Shown: positions 1-10,896, counted from the stretch's first letter. The stretch: 64,000 nt of DNA from Tepidanaerobacteraceae bacterium (GCA_024655905.1 JANLFP010000004.1:19643-83642); one strand, 5' to 3'. Made by a program: numbers and translations. The notes: generated from the sequence alone by a model not told the origin.

Positions 1-1
1 A

Positions 2-187
2 ATGGACGGAATTGAGGCAGTAAAAAGAATAAGAGCGAAAGATCCTTCAGCGAAGATTATTATGTGTTCGGCCATGGGGCAGCAGGCTATGGTCATCGAT
101 GCAATCCAGGCAGGTGCCAGGGATTTTATAGTAAAACCATTTCAACCTGAAAGGGTAGTGGAAGCTGTAAGAAAAGCCCTGAGTTAG
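2..187 (+). CDS. cheY: Chemotaxis response regulator CheY, C-terminal fragment (5' end lies outside the window)
   Basis: The ORF is open to the window edge. It shows receiver-domain C-terminal sequence (SAMGQQ...DFIVKPFQPERV, with the conserved Lys-Pro). It sits directly upstream of fliO-fliP, as in the B. subtilis fla/che operon. Confidence 0.8.
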   Translation: MDGIEAVKRIRAKDPSAKIIMCSAMGQQAMVIDAIQAGARDFIVKPFQPERVVEAVRKALS

Positions 188-199
188 AAGGGAAAGAGC

Positions 200-739
200 A
201 TGAAAAAAATATCCACTTTAAAATACCGGAGTTTAGTCGTATGCATTTTAATAGCACTCTTTCTCAATAATGCATTTGCCGCCCCGCCAGACATTGGCAA
301 TTTGAAAACTTACAATTTTGATACCCAACAACAGCAACAGAGTTATACCTCGGTAAAAAGTATTATAACTTTTGTTGTATATATTTTATTGTTTATTATT
401 ATATCTTTGCTTGCGTTTTTTACTACAAGATGGATTGCAAGATTTCAAACTAACACCCGGCCGAAAAGCAAATATATGGAAGTGATAGATATTCTACCCA
501 TTGGAAGCAATAAAGGCATATATATTATAAAAACTCCTCAGGGTATTATATTGTTGGGAGTGTCGGAGAAGGATATTTTCATGATATCAAGATTGAATGA
601 TGAAGAGGCTGCATTGATTGATGAAGTGGAAAAAGCAAATTCAGGCACATTTAATAAAGCTTTTGCCAATCATCTTGAATATTTTTTAAAGAATTTAATC
701 AGAGAGCCGGGTAAAAGAGATAATGGTGATGACTCATGA
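200..739 (+). CDS. fliO: Flagellar export protein FliO/FliZ family
   Basis: The protein has a signal-like N-terminus, a Gln run, one TM segment and a C-terminal block ([30 protein letters not shown]) typical of FliO/FliZ. Its stop overlaps the fliP start (ATGA). Confidence 0.7.
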   Translation: MKKISTLKYRSLVVCILIALFLNNAFAAPPDIGNLKTYNFDTQQQQQSYTSVKSIITFVVYILLFIIISLLAFFTTRWIARFQTNTRPKSKYMEVIDILPIGSNKGIYIIKTPQGIILLGVSEKDIFMISRLNDEEAALIDEVEKANSGTFNKAFANHLEYFLKNLIREPGKRDNGDDS

Positions 740-1500
740 ATAAAAGCGGCAAAATGATATTTATATTGTTTTCATTTGTCACTTACTTTAGTGCAACTAA
801 AATGGCAAATGCCGCTCCGCAAATCCCTATTCCATCATTGCAGTTTGTTCAGCCATCTAAAAGTCCGGCGGATACGGCGGTAACTTTACAGATAATATTG
901 CTTCTTACCATACTGTCATTGGCTCCTTCTATATTGATAATGCTGACGTCTTTTACCAGGATTGTTATCGTTCTTTCTTTTGTAAGAAATGGTCTTGGTA
1001 TCCAGCAAGTGCCGCCAAATCAGGTATTGATAGGTCTGGCTCTTTTTATGACAGTATTTGTCATGGCTCCGGTATGGAATGATATAAATTCCGAAGCTTT
1101 TCAGCCGTATATGAACCAGCAAATCAGTACCGATGAAGCCCTGGCGAAAGCCCAGGTTCCTTTGCGAAATTTTATGTTCAGACAAACAAGGGAAAAAGAC
1201 CTTGCTTTATTTGTTCATTATGCGAAACTGCAAAATGAAGTTAAAACACTGAATGATATTCCTACATATGTTTTGATTCCAGCTTTTATAATCAGTGAGC
1301 TTAAAACAGCTTTTCAAATGGGATTTGTAATATTCATACCTTTTCTGGTTATCGATATGATTGTTTCAAGCACTTTGATGTCTATGGGAATGCTAATGCT
1401 ACCGCCCGTAATGATTTCACTGCCCTTCAAAATACTGCTGTTTGTAATGGTGGATGGGTGGAATATTGTAGTAAATTCCCTTCTCGCAGGATTCCATTAA
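736..1500 (+). CDS. fliP: Flagellar type III export apparatus protein FliP
   Basis: 254 aa with a signal peptide followed by conserved FliP membrane segments ([28 protein letters not shown]). Confidence 0.95.
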   Translation: MNKSGKMIFILFSFVTYFSATKMANAAPQIPIPSLQFVQPSKSPADTAVTLQIILLLTILSLAPSILIMLTSFTRIVIVLSFVRNGLGIQQVPPNQVLIGLALFMTVFVMAPVWNDINSEAFQPYMNQQISTDEALAKAQVPLRNFMFRQTREKDLALFVHYAKLQNEVKTLNDIPTYVLIPAFIISELKTAFQMGFVIFIPFLVIDMIVSSTLMSMGMLMLPPVMISLPFKILLFVMVDGWNIVVNSLLAGFH

Positions 1501-1529
1501 ATCAATTGGATTAGGAAAAGGTGATGTAT

Positions 1530-1799
1530 ATGACTCAAGAAACTATAATACATTTGGGTCAGGAAGCAATGAGTGTTGTTTTGCTGGTATCCGCTCCAAT
1601 GCTGGGATTCGGCATGCTGGTCGGCATTATAGTTAGCATATTTCAGGCAACTACGCAAATACAGGAGCAGACTTTAACCTTTGTCCCCAAAATAGTGGCA
1701 GTAATTGTTGCTATTCTGCTTTTCGGCCCATGGATGCTGACCATTATTACTCAATTTACGCAAAGTTTGTTTAATCAATTGCCAAATTTTATTTATTGA
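1530..1799 (+). CDS. fliQ: Flagellar export apparatus protein FliQ
   Basis: The 89-aa version starts at the ATG 6 nt after an AAGGTG Shine-Dalgarno (SD) sequence. It has two TM segments and the FliQ-like sequence EQTLTFVPKI. The ORF track starts it 9 nt earlier. Confidence 0.9.
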   Translation: MTQETIIHLGQEAMSVVLLVSAPMLGFGMLVGIIVSIFQATTQIQEQTLTFVPKIVAVIVAILLFGPWMLTIITQFTQSLFNQLPNFIY

Positions 1800-1817
1800 T
1801 ATTTGGTAAGAAAAGTT

Positions 1818-2594
1818 ATGATTGGTTTTAATTACGGTGAAATTATAAAATTCATTTTGATACTTTTCAGGTGCTCTGGATTTATTATGTTGACTCCAAT
1901 ATTTGGAAGGAGAGAAATCCCAAACCATGCCAGAATAGGTCTGTCCTGCTTTCTTGCAATGATTGTATATCCGTTGATTCCGAATTTTGATGCAAACATT
2001 GATATATTAACCCTGGCCACATTAATTTTGAGGGAAACTCTTGTGGGCCTTTCCATGGGGTATATTACGCTTATGATGTTCTCTTCTCTCTATGTAGCAG
2101 GTCAGATTATAGACATGCAGATGGGATTTGGCATAGTAAATGTGATAGATCCGCAAAGCAATTCTCAGGTGCCGTTAATAGGAAATTTTTATTACATATT
2201 GACATTGTTGACTTTTTTGACTGTTAATGGACATCATGTATTGATTTCCGCTATGATTAAAAGCTTTGAAATAGTTCCTTTATCCAATGCAGTTTTTGGG
2301 AGAAGTTTTCTTGCAGCTATAATTCAAAGCTTCAGAGAGATGTTTGCCATTGGCTTTAAAGTAAGCTTACCCGTGATTTCAATTATATTTATTACCGATT
2401 TCGCATTGGGCATAATGGCGAGAGCCGTTCCTCAGATGAATGTGTTTATCGTAGGTCTTCCAATAAAAATTTTTATAGGCATATTGGGAATAATTATTAT
2501 ATTTCCCATGTATCTTACAGCTTTGGATGTTATATTCAACGGGACATATGATAATATTCTGACTTTATTGCGAGGAATGTTGAAACCACCATGA
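1818..2594 (+). CDS. fliR: Flagellar export apparatus protein FliR
   Basis: Polytopic membrane protein of about 258 aa in the fliQ-fliR-flhB position. The start is uncertain (TTG at 1803 or ATG at 1818). Confidence 0.88.
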   Translation: MIGFNYGEIIKFILILFRCSGFIMLTPIFGRREIPNHARIGLSCFLAMIVYPLIPNFDANIDILTLATLILRETLVGLSMGYITLMMFSSLYVAGQIIDMQMGFGIVNVIDPQSNSQVPLIGNFYYILTLLTFLTVNGHHVLISAMIKSFEIVPLSNAVFGRSFLAAIIQSFREMFAIGFKVSLPVISIIFITDFALGIMARAVPQMNVFIVGLPIKIFIGILGIIIIFPMYLTALDVIFNGTYDNILTLLRGMLKPP

Positions 2595-3667
2595 ATCTGC
2601 AATTATTTGCTCAGGAAAAGACAGAGCGAGCGACCCCACGAAAAAGGCAAAAAGCTCGGGAACGCGGCCAGGTATTTTCCAGCAGGGAGATGGTTTCATC
2701 AGCGGTATTATTAACGGGTTTTGCTATTTTGAATATATTTCAGTCAAATATAATAGGCGGATTAACGGCTTATTTATCATCTACCTGGCAACAGCTCTTG
2801 AACAAAGAGGATTTATATACGATTCCTGAAATTCAAAAAATCTTTGTTCAAGCTATGATGTTTATTTCAAAAATCATGGCTCCACTGTTGAGCGGTATAA
2901 TGCTTGCGGGTGTTTTGACAAACTTTCTTCAAACCGGGGCTGTATTGAGTTTGGAACCGATTATTCCAAAAATCGAGCGCATAAATCCGTTTGAAGGCTT
3001 AAAAAGGATATTTTCCCGCAGAAGTCTGATGGAACTTCTTAAATCCACTGCAAAAATTATTGTCATTGGATATCTGATTTACAGCAGTATTTATAAAATA
3101 AAAGACATAATTCCGCTGATGCTGGATATGGATGTTTATTCTTCTTTTGAAATGCTCACAAATATATCTTTCAATACCGGCATGAAAGCGGGTATAGCAT
3201 TGTTTATACTCGCAGTATTCGACTATGTCTATCAATGGTATGAATATGAAACCGGCCTTATGATGTCAAAGGAAGATATCAAAGAAGAATTTAAGGAAGT
3301 GGAAGGAAATCCCCAGATAAAATCGCGGATAAGACAGATACAGCGTCGAATGGCCCGTAGTAGAATGATGCACGATGTTAAAAAAGCTGATGTGGTCATT
3401 ACAAATCCTACCCACCTGGCTGTAGCTCTGGCTTATGATGCGAGCGTAAATCCCGCACCTGTGGTGCTGGCCAAAGGCAGCCACGGAATAGCAGAAAAAA
3501 TAAAACAAATCGCCGAACGGGAAGATATACCAATTGTAGAAAACAAGCCGCTGGCACAGGTTTTATATAAATCGGTGGAAATCGGAGATGTAGTACCGGA
3601 AAATCTTTATCATGCAGTAGCAGAAGTACTGGCCTTTGTTTACAGTCTGAAGGAAAGGAGGAATTAA
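2591..3667 (+). CDS. flhB: Flagellar export switch protein FlhB
   Basis: 358 aa with four N-terminal TM segments and the NPTH autocleavage motif (VVITNPTHLAVAL). Its ATGA start overlaps the fliR stop. Confidence 0.95.
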   Translation: MNLQLFAQEKTERATPRKRQKARERGQVFSSREMVSSAVLLTGFAILNIFQSNIIGGLTAYLSSTWQQLLNKEDLYTIPEIQKIFVQAMMFISKIMAPLLSGIMLAGVLTNFLQTGAVLSLEPIIPKIERINPFEGLKRIFSRRSLMELLKSTAKIIVIGYLIYSSIYKIKDIIPLMLDMDVYSSFEMLTNISFNTGMKAGIALFILAVFDYVYQWYEYETGLMMSKEDIKEEFKEVEGNPQIKSRIRQIQRRMARSRMMHDVKKADVVITNPTHLAVALAYDASVNPAPVVLAKGSHGIAEKIKQIAEREDIPIVENKPLAQVLYKSVEIGDVVPENLYHAVAEVLAFVYSLKERRN

Positions 3668-3670
3668 GAA

Positions 3671-5701
3671 TTGAAATATGGAGATATTATTCTCGCATTA
3701 ATGGCGGTAATGGTTGTCATAATGATGATAATTCCCCTTCCATCATCTGTTCTGGACATATTGCTGTCGTTCAATATTACTTTTTCTTTGATTATACTTT
3801 TGATTTCAATGAATATGGAAAAACCGCTGGATTTTTCCATTTTTCCCTCATTGCTGTTGCTCACTACTTTACTGAGATTAACACTGAACATTTCCTCAAC
3901 ACGGCTGATTTTATTGAACGGATATGCCGGCAAGGTAATCGAATCTTTTGGAAACTTTGTTGTAAAAGGGAATGTTCTGGTAGGCTTTATTATATTTCTT
4001 ATAATCATAATCATGCAATTTATAGTAATTACGCGTGGAGCCGAAAGAGTGGCTGAAGTTGCGGCAAGATTCACCCTGGATGCCATGCCCGGCAAGCAGA
4101 TGAGCATAGACGCAGACCTGAATTCAGGATTGATAAATGAAACTGAGGCTAGGCGAAGGAGGACTGAAATACAGCAAGAAGCAGATTTTTATGGAGCAAT
4201 GGATGGAGCCAGCAAATTTGTGAAGGGTGATGCCATAGCTGGAATAATTATAACAGTTATAAATATTGTAGGAGGATTGATAACTGGAGTATTATTCCAG
4301 AACCTAGACATAATGACTTCTATCAATAGATATACTCTGCTTACGGTGGGCGACGGGCTCGTAAGCCAAATTCCTGCCCTGCTTGTATCCACCGCCACCG
4401 GCATAGTGGTAACCAAAGCCGCAAGCTCTGGAAATCTCGGCGAAGATTTGATAAAGCAATTGATATCTTATCCCAAGTTGCTGCTCCTAGCAGCTGGGGT
4501 ACTCGCATTTTTTGCAATAATCCCAGGTCTTCCGCATATTCCGTTTTTAATTCTGGCAGGAATGCTTTGGTATTTGGGTATTTCGACTCAAAGACTTTCG
4601 GAGCGTGAAAAAATTAAAAAAGAAGGGCTTCAAAAGGAAAAAGAAGTAGAAGAAATGAGAAAGCCGGAAAATATTTTTTCACTTTTACAGGTTGACCCTA
4701 TAGAAGTGGAATTCGGATACAATATAATTCCGCTTGCCGATGTGAATCAAGGCGGTGACTTACTGGACCGGGTGGTTATGATACGAAGACAGTGCGCCCT
4801 GGATTTGGGAATGGTTGTTCCGATGGTCAGGCTGCGGGATAATATTCAGTTAAAACCGAATGAATATGTAATTAAGATAAAGGGTGTAGAAGCTGCCCGC
4901 GGCGAGATAAAAACCGACCATCTGATGGTTATGAATCCGGCAGGGGGTTCACCGGAAATAGAAGGGATTCCTGCTAAAGAACCTGCTTTTGGTCTTCCCG
5001 CCAAATGGATAACCATAGAAAATAAAGAAAAGGCCGAGATGATGGGATATACAGTTGTAGATGCTTCGGCAGTTCTGGCAACTCACCTTACGGAAGTGAT
5101 TAAATCGTTTGCCCATGAGCTTTTGGGGAGGCAGGAAGTTAAAAACATTATAGATAATTTGAAGGAACAATATCCATCACTCGTCGAAGAATTGATTCCA
5201 AAAGCTATTTCTCTGGGAGAGATACAAAAGGTTCTTTCCAACCTTTTAAAGGAAAACATACCTATTAGGGATATGGTTACTATACTGGAAGCTCTTGGAG
5301 ACTATGCTGGTTTGACAAAAGATACCGATATGCTGACTGAATACGTCAGACAAAGATTGAAAAGAGTCATTACTCGACGATTTACAAATGGTCAAAAGGT
5401 TCATGTCATTACTCTTGATGGCCAGCTCGAAAATCAGATAATGAATGCTGTTAGACAGAATGAGCAGGGGACATATATTGTTTTGGAGCCATCATATATT
5501 CATAGAATCAGAAATTCCATTTCAAAAATGATAAACGAACTTGGCTTAAAAGGCATCTCGCCTATAGTGCTAACAAGCCCGATGGTAAGAATGTATTTTA
5601 GAAAAATAGTTGAGGATTATGCTTCATACATTCCGGTTCTTTCCTATAACGAGCTGGAGCCGGGTGTGGAAGTTCAATCAGTAGGAACGGTGATGGTTTA
5701 A
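3671..5701 (+). CDS. flhA: Flagellar export gate protein FlhA
   Basis: 676 aa with a conserved FHIPEP-type N-terminal membrane domain (RFTLDAMPGKQMSIDADL) and a cytoplasmic C-terminal domain. It has a TTG start 9 nt after AAGGAGG. Confidence 0.95.
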   Translation: MKYGDIILALMAVMVVIMMIIPLPSSVLDILLSFNITFSLIILLISMNMEKPLDFSIFPSLLLLTTLLRLTLNISSTRLILLNGYAGKVIESFGNFVVKGNVLVGFIIFLIIIIMQFIVITRGAERVAEVAARFTLDAMPGKQMSIDADLNSGLINETEARRRRTEIQQEADFYGAMDGASKFVKGDAIAGIIITVINIVGGLITGVLFQNLDIMTSINRYTLLTVGDGLVSQIPALLVSTATGIVVTKAASSGNLGEDLIKQLISYPKLLLLAAGVLAFFAIIPGLPHIPFLILAGMLWYLGISTQRLSEREKIKKEGLQKEKEVEEMRKPENIFSLLQVDPIEVEFGYNIIPLADVNQGGDLLDRVVMIRRQCALDLGMVVPMVRLRDNIQLKPNEYVIKIKGVEAARGEIKTDHLMVMNPAGGSPEIEGIPAKEPAFGLPAKWITIENKEKAEMMGYTVVDASAVLATHLTEVIKSFAHELLGRQEVKNIIDNLKEQYPSLVEELIPKAISLGEIQKVLSNLLKENIPIRDMVTILEALGDYAGLTKDTDMLTEYVRQRLKRVITRRFTNGQKVHVITLDGQLENQIMNAVRQNEQGTYIVLEPSYIHRIRNSISKMINELGLKGISPIVLTSPMVRMYFRKIVEDYASYIPVLSYNELEPGVEVQSVGTVMV

Positions 5702-6849
5702 TGAAAATAAAAACATACATAGCAGACAATATGCAGGAAGCCCTATATAAAATAAAAAGCGACATGGGGAAAGATGCGGTAATACTGCAGACAAAACACA
5801 TACGAAAGGGAGGGGTGTTTGGCCTTTTTTCCAAAACTAAAGTCGAAGTAGTCGCTGCAAATGATATTGCAGTATCTCAAAGCCCGATGAAAAATTCCTT
5901 GTATAGCACAATTAATGAAGCTGTAACGGTAGCAAGACCGGCAGGTTTTGCCGAGATTCTGGATATAAAAAATGAACTGGGCGAAGTCAAGGATATGATA
6001 AAAAACCTTTACTCAAATAACACGCAAAAGAGTACGCCTTCAGAAACAGGTTTTTCACCTGTGTTTGACAGATTTTACGATAAAATGGCGGCTATGGAAA
6101 TTGACAAAGAATTGATTAAGAAGATATTTGACAGAGTATCTGAAAATCTAAAACCGGAAGATTTGCAGGATAATAATGCTGTTTTTAATGCAATTAAGAA
6201 TGAACTAATATCCCAGGTTGGCAAAATAGAGCCAATACAGCTTGACAGAGGGCAGAATGCCATTGTGGCTTTTATTGGCCCGACAGGGGTTGGAAAGACT
6301 ACAACAATAGCTAAGTTGGCAGCAAAATTTGCTTTATATAATGAAAGACGAGTGGCATTAATTGCAACCGATAATTTCAGAGTAGGCGCCATTGAACAGC
6401 TGAGGACCTATGGGGAACTGCTGGAAATTCCAGTGGAAGAAGTTCACAGCAATGATGGCATTGGTAAAGCACTTGACAGATTAAAAGGATATGACCTGGT
6501 GCTAATAGATACAATGGGTTCGAGTCCCAATAATAAAATGCAGATTAAAAAGATAAAGAGTTTGTTGGATGCAGTGAATCCCACAGATATATACATGGTG
6601 ATAAGTGCTACCACCAAAAATAATGACATAAGCGATATTATAAACAGTTATAGAGAAATAAATTTCAAAAAGTTGATTGTGACAAAACTTGACGAAACCA
6701 AAACCTATGGTACTATCTTAAACGCCGTTAAAATGGCAGATGGGAATTTGTCATATTTTACAGTGGGGCAGAATGTTCCGGATGATATAGAAATCGCTTC
6801 TGCTGAAAAACTTGCGGGCATGATTCTGGGGGAGAATGTACATGTATGA
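5701..6849 (+). CDS. flhF: Flagellar SRP-type GTPase FlhF
   Basis: Carries the G1 motif GPTGVGKTTT, DTMG and TKLDE motifs of SRP-like GTPases. Its start overlaps the flhA stop. Confidence 0.92.
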   Translation: MKIKTYIADNMQEALYKIKSDMGKDAVILQTKHIRKGGVFGLFSKTKVEVVAANDIAVSQSPMKNSLYSTINEAVTVARPAGFAEILDIKNELGEVKDMIKNLYSNNTQKSTPSETGFSPVFDRFYDKMAAMEIDKELIKKIFDRVSENLKPEDLQDNNAVFNAIKNELISQVGKIEPIQLDRGQNAIVAFIGPTGVGKTTTIAKLAAKFALYNERRVALIATDNFRVGAIEQLRTYGELLEIPVEEVHSNDGIGKALDRLKGYDLVLIDTMGSSPNNKMQIKKIKSLLDAVNPTDIYMVISATTKNNDISDIINSYREINFKKLIVTKLDETKTYGTILNAVKMADGNLSYFTVGQNVPDDIEIASAEKLAGMILGENVHV

Positions 6850-7726
6850 ACAGGTTTCGAATCTAAAAAAACTATTAGACGGCAGAAACATTAGCGAAAT
6901 TATTACCGGAAATATAAGAGTTTTTTGTGTTACAAGCGGCAAGGGGGGAGTCGGAAAAACAAACCTTTCAGTAAATATGTCTCTGGCTTTGCAGAAAATG
7001 GGCCAAAAAGTATTGCTGGTGGATGCGGATCTTGGCCTCGCCAATGTTGATGTATTGATGGGACTTTATCCAAAATATAACATTTCTCATATTTTGAGCT
7101 GTAATATGTCGGTAAATGAAATCTTGCTTGAAGGGCCTATGGGTATAAAGATTTTACCCGGAGCTTCAGGACTTTATGAATTAGCCAATTTATCCACTAT
7201 GGAATTAAATGCTTTAATAAAAGCTTTCAGTGCGGTAACCTCTGATTTTGATGTAGTAGTTATAGATACAGGTGCAGGAATCTCAAAAAATGTATTGAGT
7301 TTCATTCATTCTTCGGATGAAATAATAATAGTTACAACGCCGGAACCAAGCGCAGTTACAGATGCTTATGCATTAATAAAATTGATTTACAAATATTCTC
7401 GAAAGATACATGTAATTGTAAATAGAGTGGATAATTTTAAAGATGGAGAGTATACAGTTAAAAAGATACTAAATGCATCGCGCAAATTTTTACACACCGA
7501 AATAAATTATTTGGGATATGTGTTGGAAGACAAAAAAGTTTTAAAATCAAATATGGAGCAAATTCCTTTTTATGCGAAATACCCTGACAGCTTGGCATCA
7601 AAATGCGTTACGAATATTGTGCACAATCTGCTTTACGGAGAACAACGGCCTTTTCAAAACAATTTTACCTTTGATGGTTGGATTAAAAAGTTCATTTCAT
7701 TTGTAAGAAATCCAGCAGGGGGTTGA
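6836..7726 (+). CDS. flhG: MinD/ParA-type ATPase FlhG (YlxH)
   Basis: Carries the deviant Walker A SGKGGVGKTN, an N-terminal YEQVSNLKKL activator-helix-like segment and a C-terminal amphipathic tail. It overlaps the flhF end. Confidence 0.9.
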   Translation: MYMYEQVSNLKKLLDGRNISEIITGNIRVFCVTSGKGGVGKTNLSVNMSLALQKMGQKVLLVDADLGLANVDVLMGLYPKYNISHILSCNMSVNEILLEGPMGIKILPGASGLYELANLSTMELNALIKAFSAVTSDFDVVVIDTGAGISKNVLSFIHSSDEIIIVTTPEPSAVTDAYALIKLIYKYSRKIHVIVNRVDNFKDGEYTVKKILNASRKFLHTEINYLGYVLEDKKVLKSNMEQIPFYAKYPDSLASKCVTNIVHNLLYGEQRPFQNNFTFDGWIKKFISFVRNPAGG

Positions 7727-7729
7727 AGG

Positions 7730-8371
7730 ATGGATTTTTCAGGGTTTCGAATAGGCATGAAGATAAATATAGAAATTGAAAGAGGCAAAGAAAACTTCTA
7801 TTTCACATCCAAAGTTGAAGATATAGAATCTGGCGCTCTGGTGTTGGATATACCGATGAAGGACAATCGGCTGTTTCACGTCAGCCTCAATGAATCCGTC
7901 AAAATACATTTTAGCAAGGGAGATTCATTTTACTATTTCATAGGCGAGATAGTAGCTAAAAAGTATATTCCCATTCCAGTTTTGTTTGTAAAACCCATTA
8001 GTCCTTTAATAAAAAATCAAAGAAGGGATTTTTTCAGGATAAAAATCACCCTAAAAACCAAGATAAGTCTTGCGGAATCCTGCGAATCCTTTGATGGATA
8101 TATAAAAGATTTAAGCGGGGGCGGAGCTCTTATAACTACTGATAGGGAATTAAAAAGCGGTACTTTGCTTAATCTGCAGGTATCTTTGATGTCAAATTAT
8201 TTTAACATTAAAGGCAGAGTGGTCAGATCATGGTGTGAAAAGCAGCCCGGACAACCCATAGTGCATTATGCAGCTGCGCAATTTGTGGATATCGATAAAG
8301 TAGTGCAGGATGAAATAATAAAGTTTATCTTTGCCGAGCAGAGAAAAATGATCAGAAAAGGATACCAATGA
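7730..8371 (+). CDS. PilZ-domain c-di-GMP receptor, YcgR/MotI-like
   Basis: Contains an RxxxR motif (RRDFFR, nt 8021-8038) and a DxSxxG motif (DLSGGG, nt 8108-8125) after an N-terminal YcgR-N-like domain. Confidence 0.8.
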   Translation: MDFSGFRIGMKINIEIERGKENFYFTSKVEDIESGALVLDIPMKDNRLFHVSLNESVKIHFSKGDSFYYFIGEIVAKKYIPIPVLFVKPISPLIKNQRRDFFRIKITLKTKISLAESCESFDGYIKDLSGGGALITTDRELKSGTLLNLQVSLMSNYFNIKGRVVRSWCEKQPGQPIVHYAAAQFVDIDKVVQDEIIKFIFAEQRKMIRKGYQ

Positions 8372-8431
8372 TAAAAGTTATGGGCAAACAGTTGGAAAAC
8401 CGTATAACCAGGATTAAAATGAGGTGAGAAA

Positions 8432-10417
8432 ATGAATAATCAATACCTAGACATTTTTCTTGAAGAATCTAAAGAGCACATTCAAAATCTCAACAGTAAT
8501 TTGTTGGAGCTTGAAAGCAATCCCGGGCGGGAAATAATCGATGAAATTTTTCGTTCAGCGCATACTCTGAAAGGCATGTCAGGAACAATGGGGTTTACCA
8601 GAATATCGGAAATTACGCATGAAATGGAGAGTTTGCTCCAGGATATTAAAAATGAAAAAGTATACGTATCTCCTGAAATTATCGACACCTTGCTGAAATC
8701 AGTTGATTTTCTGGAAGAGTTAATAAATGACATTGCAGAAAATGGGCAGGAAAAGGATAGAGATATTGAAGTTATTCTTGAAAAATTGAAAAATAAACCT
8801 CGCAACCTTACGACTCTTATAGAATTACATAAAGACAATGAAAAATCCGCGGCAAATAAAAAATTTAATGAATTTGAAGAGCGATTGATAAAAGAGGCTG
8901 CAGGAAAAGGCTTGCTTATATGGGAAATTATAATAAGGCTGGATAAAAATTGCCTATTAAAATCTGCTAGGGCTTTTCTGGTATTTAAAACACTGGAAAC
9001 ACTGGGAGAGATTATTAAGACAATTCCTGTAGTCCAGGATATAGAGGATGAAAAATTTGATGATGAATTTGTTATATATCTGATTTCTACTCATCAACAG
9101 CAAAAGTTAAAGGTTGCTCTAGATTCCATATCCGAGATTAATGAAATTGTTATAAACGAAGTGGAACAAAATTATCTTGAAATGGCTCGGGAAAATTGCG
9201 AAGAGTCCCGGGGAAATATCAACCGCATTCATGATGACCAAGACATAAAACCTGCCAATCATTTGAAAAAAACAAGTAAAACTTTGCGGGTGGATATTGA
9301 ACGCCTGGACAACTTAATGAATTTGGTTAGTGAGCTGATTATTATTAAAACAAGATTGGATGACATGGATGAAAAAACCGATGGACAAAAAAGAAGAGAA
9401 GCCGTCGAATATCTTGAGCGCATAACATCGAGCCTTCATGATGCTGTTATGAAGGTTCGAATGGTTCCCATTGAAAATGTTTTCAATCGCTTTCCGCGAG
9501 TGGTGCGGGATTTGGCCCGTGAGCTATCAAAGAACATTGACCTAATCATAGAAGGGGCTGAAACCGAACTGGACAGGACAGTGATAGACGAAATTGGGGA
9601 CCCCTTGATTCACTTAATTCGCAATTCGGCAGATCACGGAATTGAAGCACCTGAAGAAAGATTAAGCAAAGGCAAACCCGCTACTGGAACCATAAAGCTT
9701 AAAGCATATCATGACGGTAACAATGTGGTAATAGAGGTATCCGATGATGGAAAAGGAATAGATTTGAAAAAAGTAACCAAAACCGCTATTGACAGAGGAT
9801 TGATTGACAGGGAACAGGCCAAAAACTTAAAGGAATCAGAAATAATATCCTTTTTATTCGAGCCCGGATTCTCCACAAAGGATAGTGTTACGGATATTTC
9901 CGGTAGAGGAGTGGGGCTGGATGTTGTAAAAACCAAAATCGAATCTCTGGGAGGAGGAATAGAAACTACTACATTGCCTGATCAGGGGACAACCTTTTCG
10001 ATCAGACTGCCGTTAACGCTTGCTATTATTCAAGCTCTTATGGTACAGGTGGGTGAGGAAAAATATGCCATACCCCTGAGTGCAATAAAGGAAACCGTAA
10101 TAGTACCTTCAAAAGATATAAAGAAGGTTCAAAAAAATGAGGTTACTCTTTTGAGAGGCAATGTTATTCCGATATTAAGGCTTTGTGAAATTCTCGATAT
10201 TCATAGCAATAACAATTCTGAAGAAGATTTAACTGTAGTAATAGTGAAAAAAGGAGAAAGAGACATCGGCCTTGTCGTTGACGGCATGATAGGGCAACAA
10301 GAAATAGTGATAAAATCCTTGGGGAATTTTCTGAAAAATATTCAATTCATTGCCGGTGCCACCATACTTGGCGACGGAAAAGTGGCTTTAATCCTTGATG
10401 TTAATACTATGTTTTAG
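8432..10417 (+). CDS. cheA: Chemotaxis histidine kinase CheA
   Basis: Has an HPt domain with the HTLKG phospho-His motif, an HATPase domain (DDGKGID, GRGVGLDVV) and a C-terminal CheW-like domain. Confidence 0.96.
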   Translation: MNNQYLDIFLEESKEHIQNLNSNLLELESNPGREIIDEIFRSAHTLKGMSGTMGFTRISEITHEMESLLQDIKNEKVYVSPEIIDTLLKSVDFLEELINDIAENGQEKDRDIEVILEKLKNKPRNLTTLIELHKDNEKSAANKKFNEFEERLIKEAAGKGLLIWEIIIRLDKNCLLKSARAFLVFKTLETLGEIIKTIPVVQDIEDEKFDDEFVIYLISTHQQQKLKVALDSISEINEIVINEVEQNYLEMARENCEESRGNINRIHDDQDIKPANHLKKTSKTLRVDIERLDNLMNLVSELIIIKTRLDDMDEKTDGQKRREAVEYLERITSSLHDAVMKVRMVPIENVFNRFPRVVRDLARELSKNIDLIIEGAETELDRTVIDEIGDPLIHLIRNSADHGIEAPEERLSKGKPATGTIKLKAYHDGNNVVIEVSDDGKGIDLKKVTKTAIDRGLIDREQAKNLKESEIISFLFEPGFSTKDSVTDISGRGVGLDVVKTKIESLGGGIETTTLPDQGTTFSIRLPLTLAIIQALMVQVGEEKYAIPLSAIKETVIVPSKDIKKVQKNEVTLLRGNVIPILRLCEILDIHSNNNSEEDLTVVIVKKGERDIGLVVDGMIGQQEIVIKSLGNFLKNIQFIAGATILGDGKVALILDVNTMF

Positions 10418-10429
10418 GAGGGTTACATA

Positions 10430-10885
10430 ATGACAGAAAAAATACGCCAATTTGTAGAATTCAAACTGGGTGAAGAAGAATATGGAGTTGATATTCTTCA
10501 AGTAAAAACTATAGAGAGGATGATGCCGGTTACAAGAGTCCCGAAAGCTCCTTCTTTTGTAGAAGGTGTCATAAACTTGAGAGGTGAGATAGTACCCGTA
10601 ATAGATCTGAAAAAAAGATTCGACCTCCCGCCCAGTCAGATTACGGACAATACCAGGATTATTATAGTGTCTCTCGAAGATATTACTGTGGGAATGATAG
10701 TAGATTCAGCCACAGAGGTAATTCAGCTTCCTCAGGAGGCTATTGAACCGGCTCCAAATATAACTGGGGGAATTGACAGCAGCTTTCTGGATGGAGTTGG
10801 CAAACTAGATGGCAAACTATTGATTTTGCTAAATCTTTCAAAAGTGTTGAAACCGCAGGAAGTAACTCAGTTATCACAACTTTGA
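10430..10885 (+). CDS. cheW: Chemotaxis coupling protein CheW
   Basis: 151 aa with a CheW fold sequence (FKLGEEEYGVDILQVKTI...INLRGEIVPVIDL). Confidence 0.95.
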   Translation: MTEKIRQFVEFKLGEEEYGVDILQVKTIERMMPVTRVPKAPSFVEGVINLRGEIVPVIDLKKRFDLPPSQITDNTRIIIVSLEDITVGMIVDSATEVIQLPQEAIEPAPNITGGIDSSFLDGVGKLDGKLLILLNLSKVLKPQEVTQLSQL

Positions 10886-10896
10886 AGGTGAAGAAT

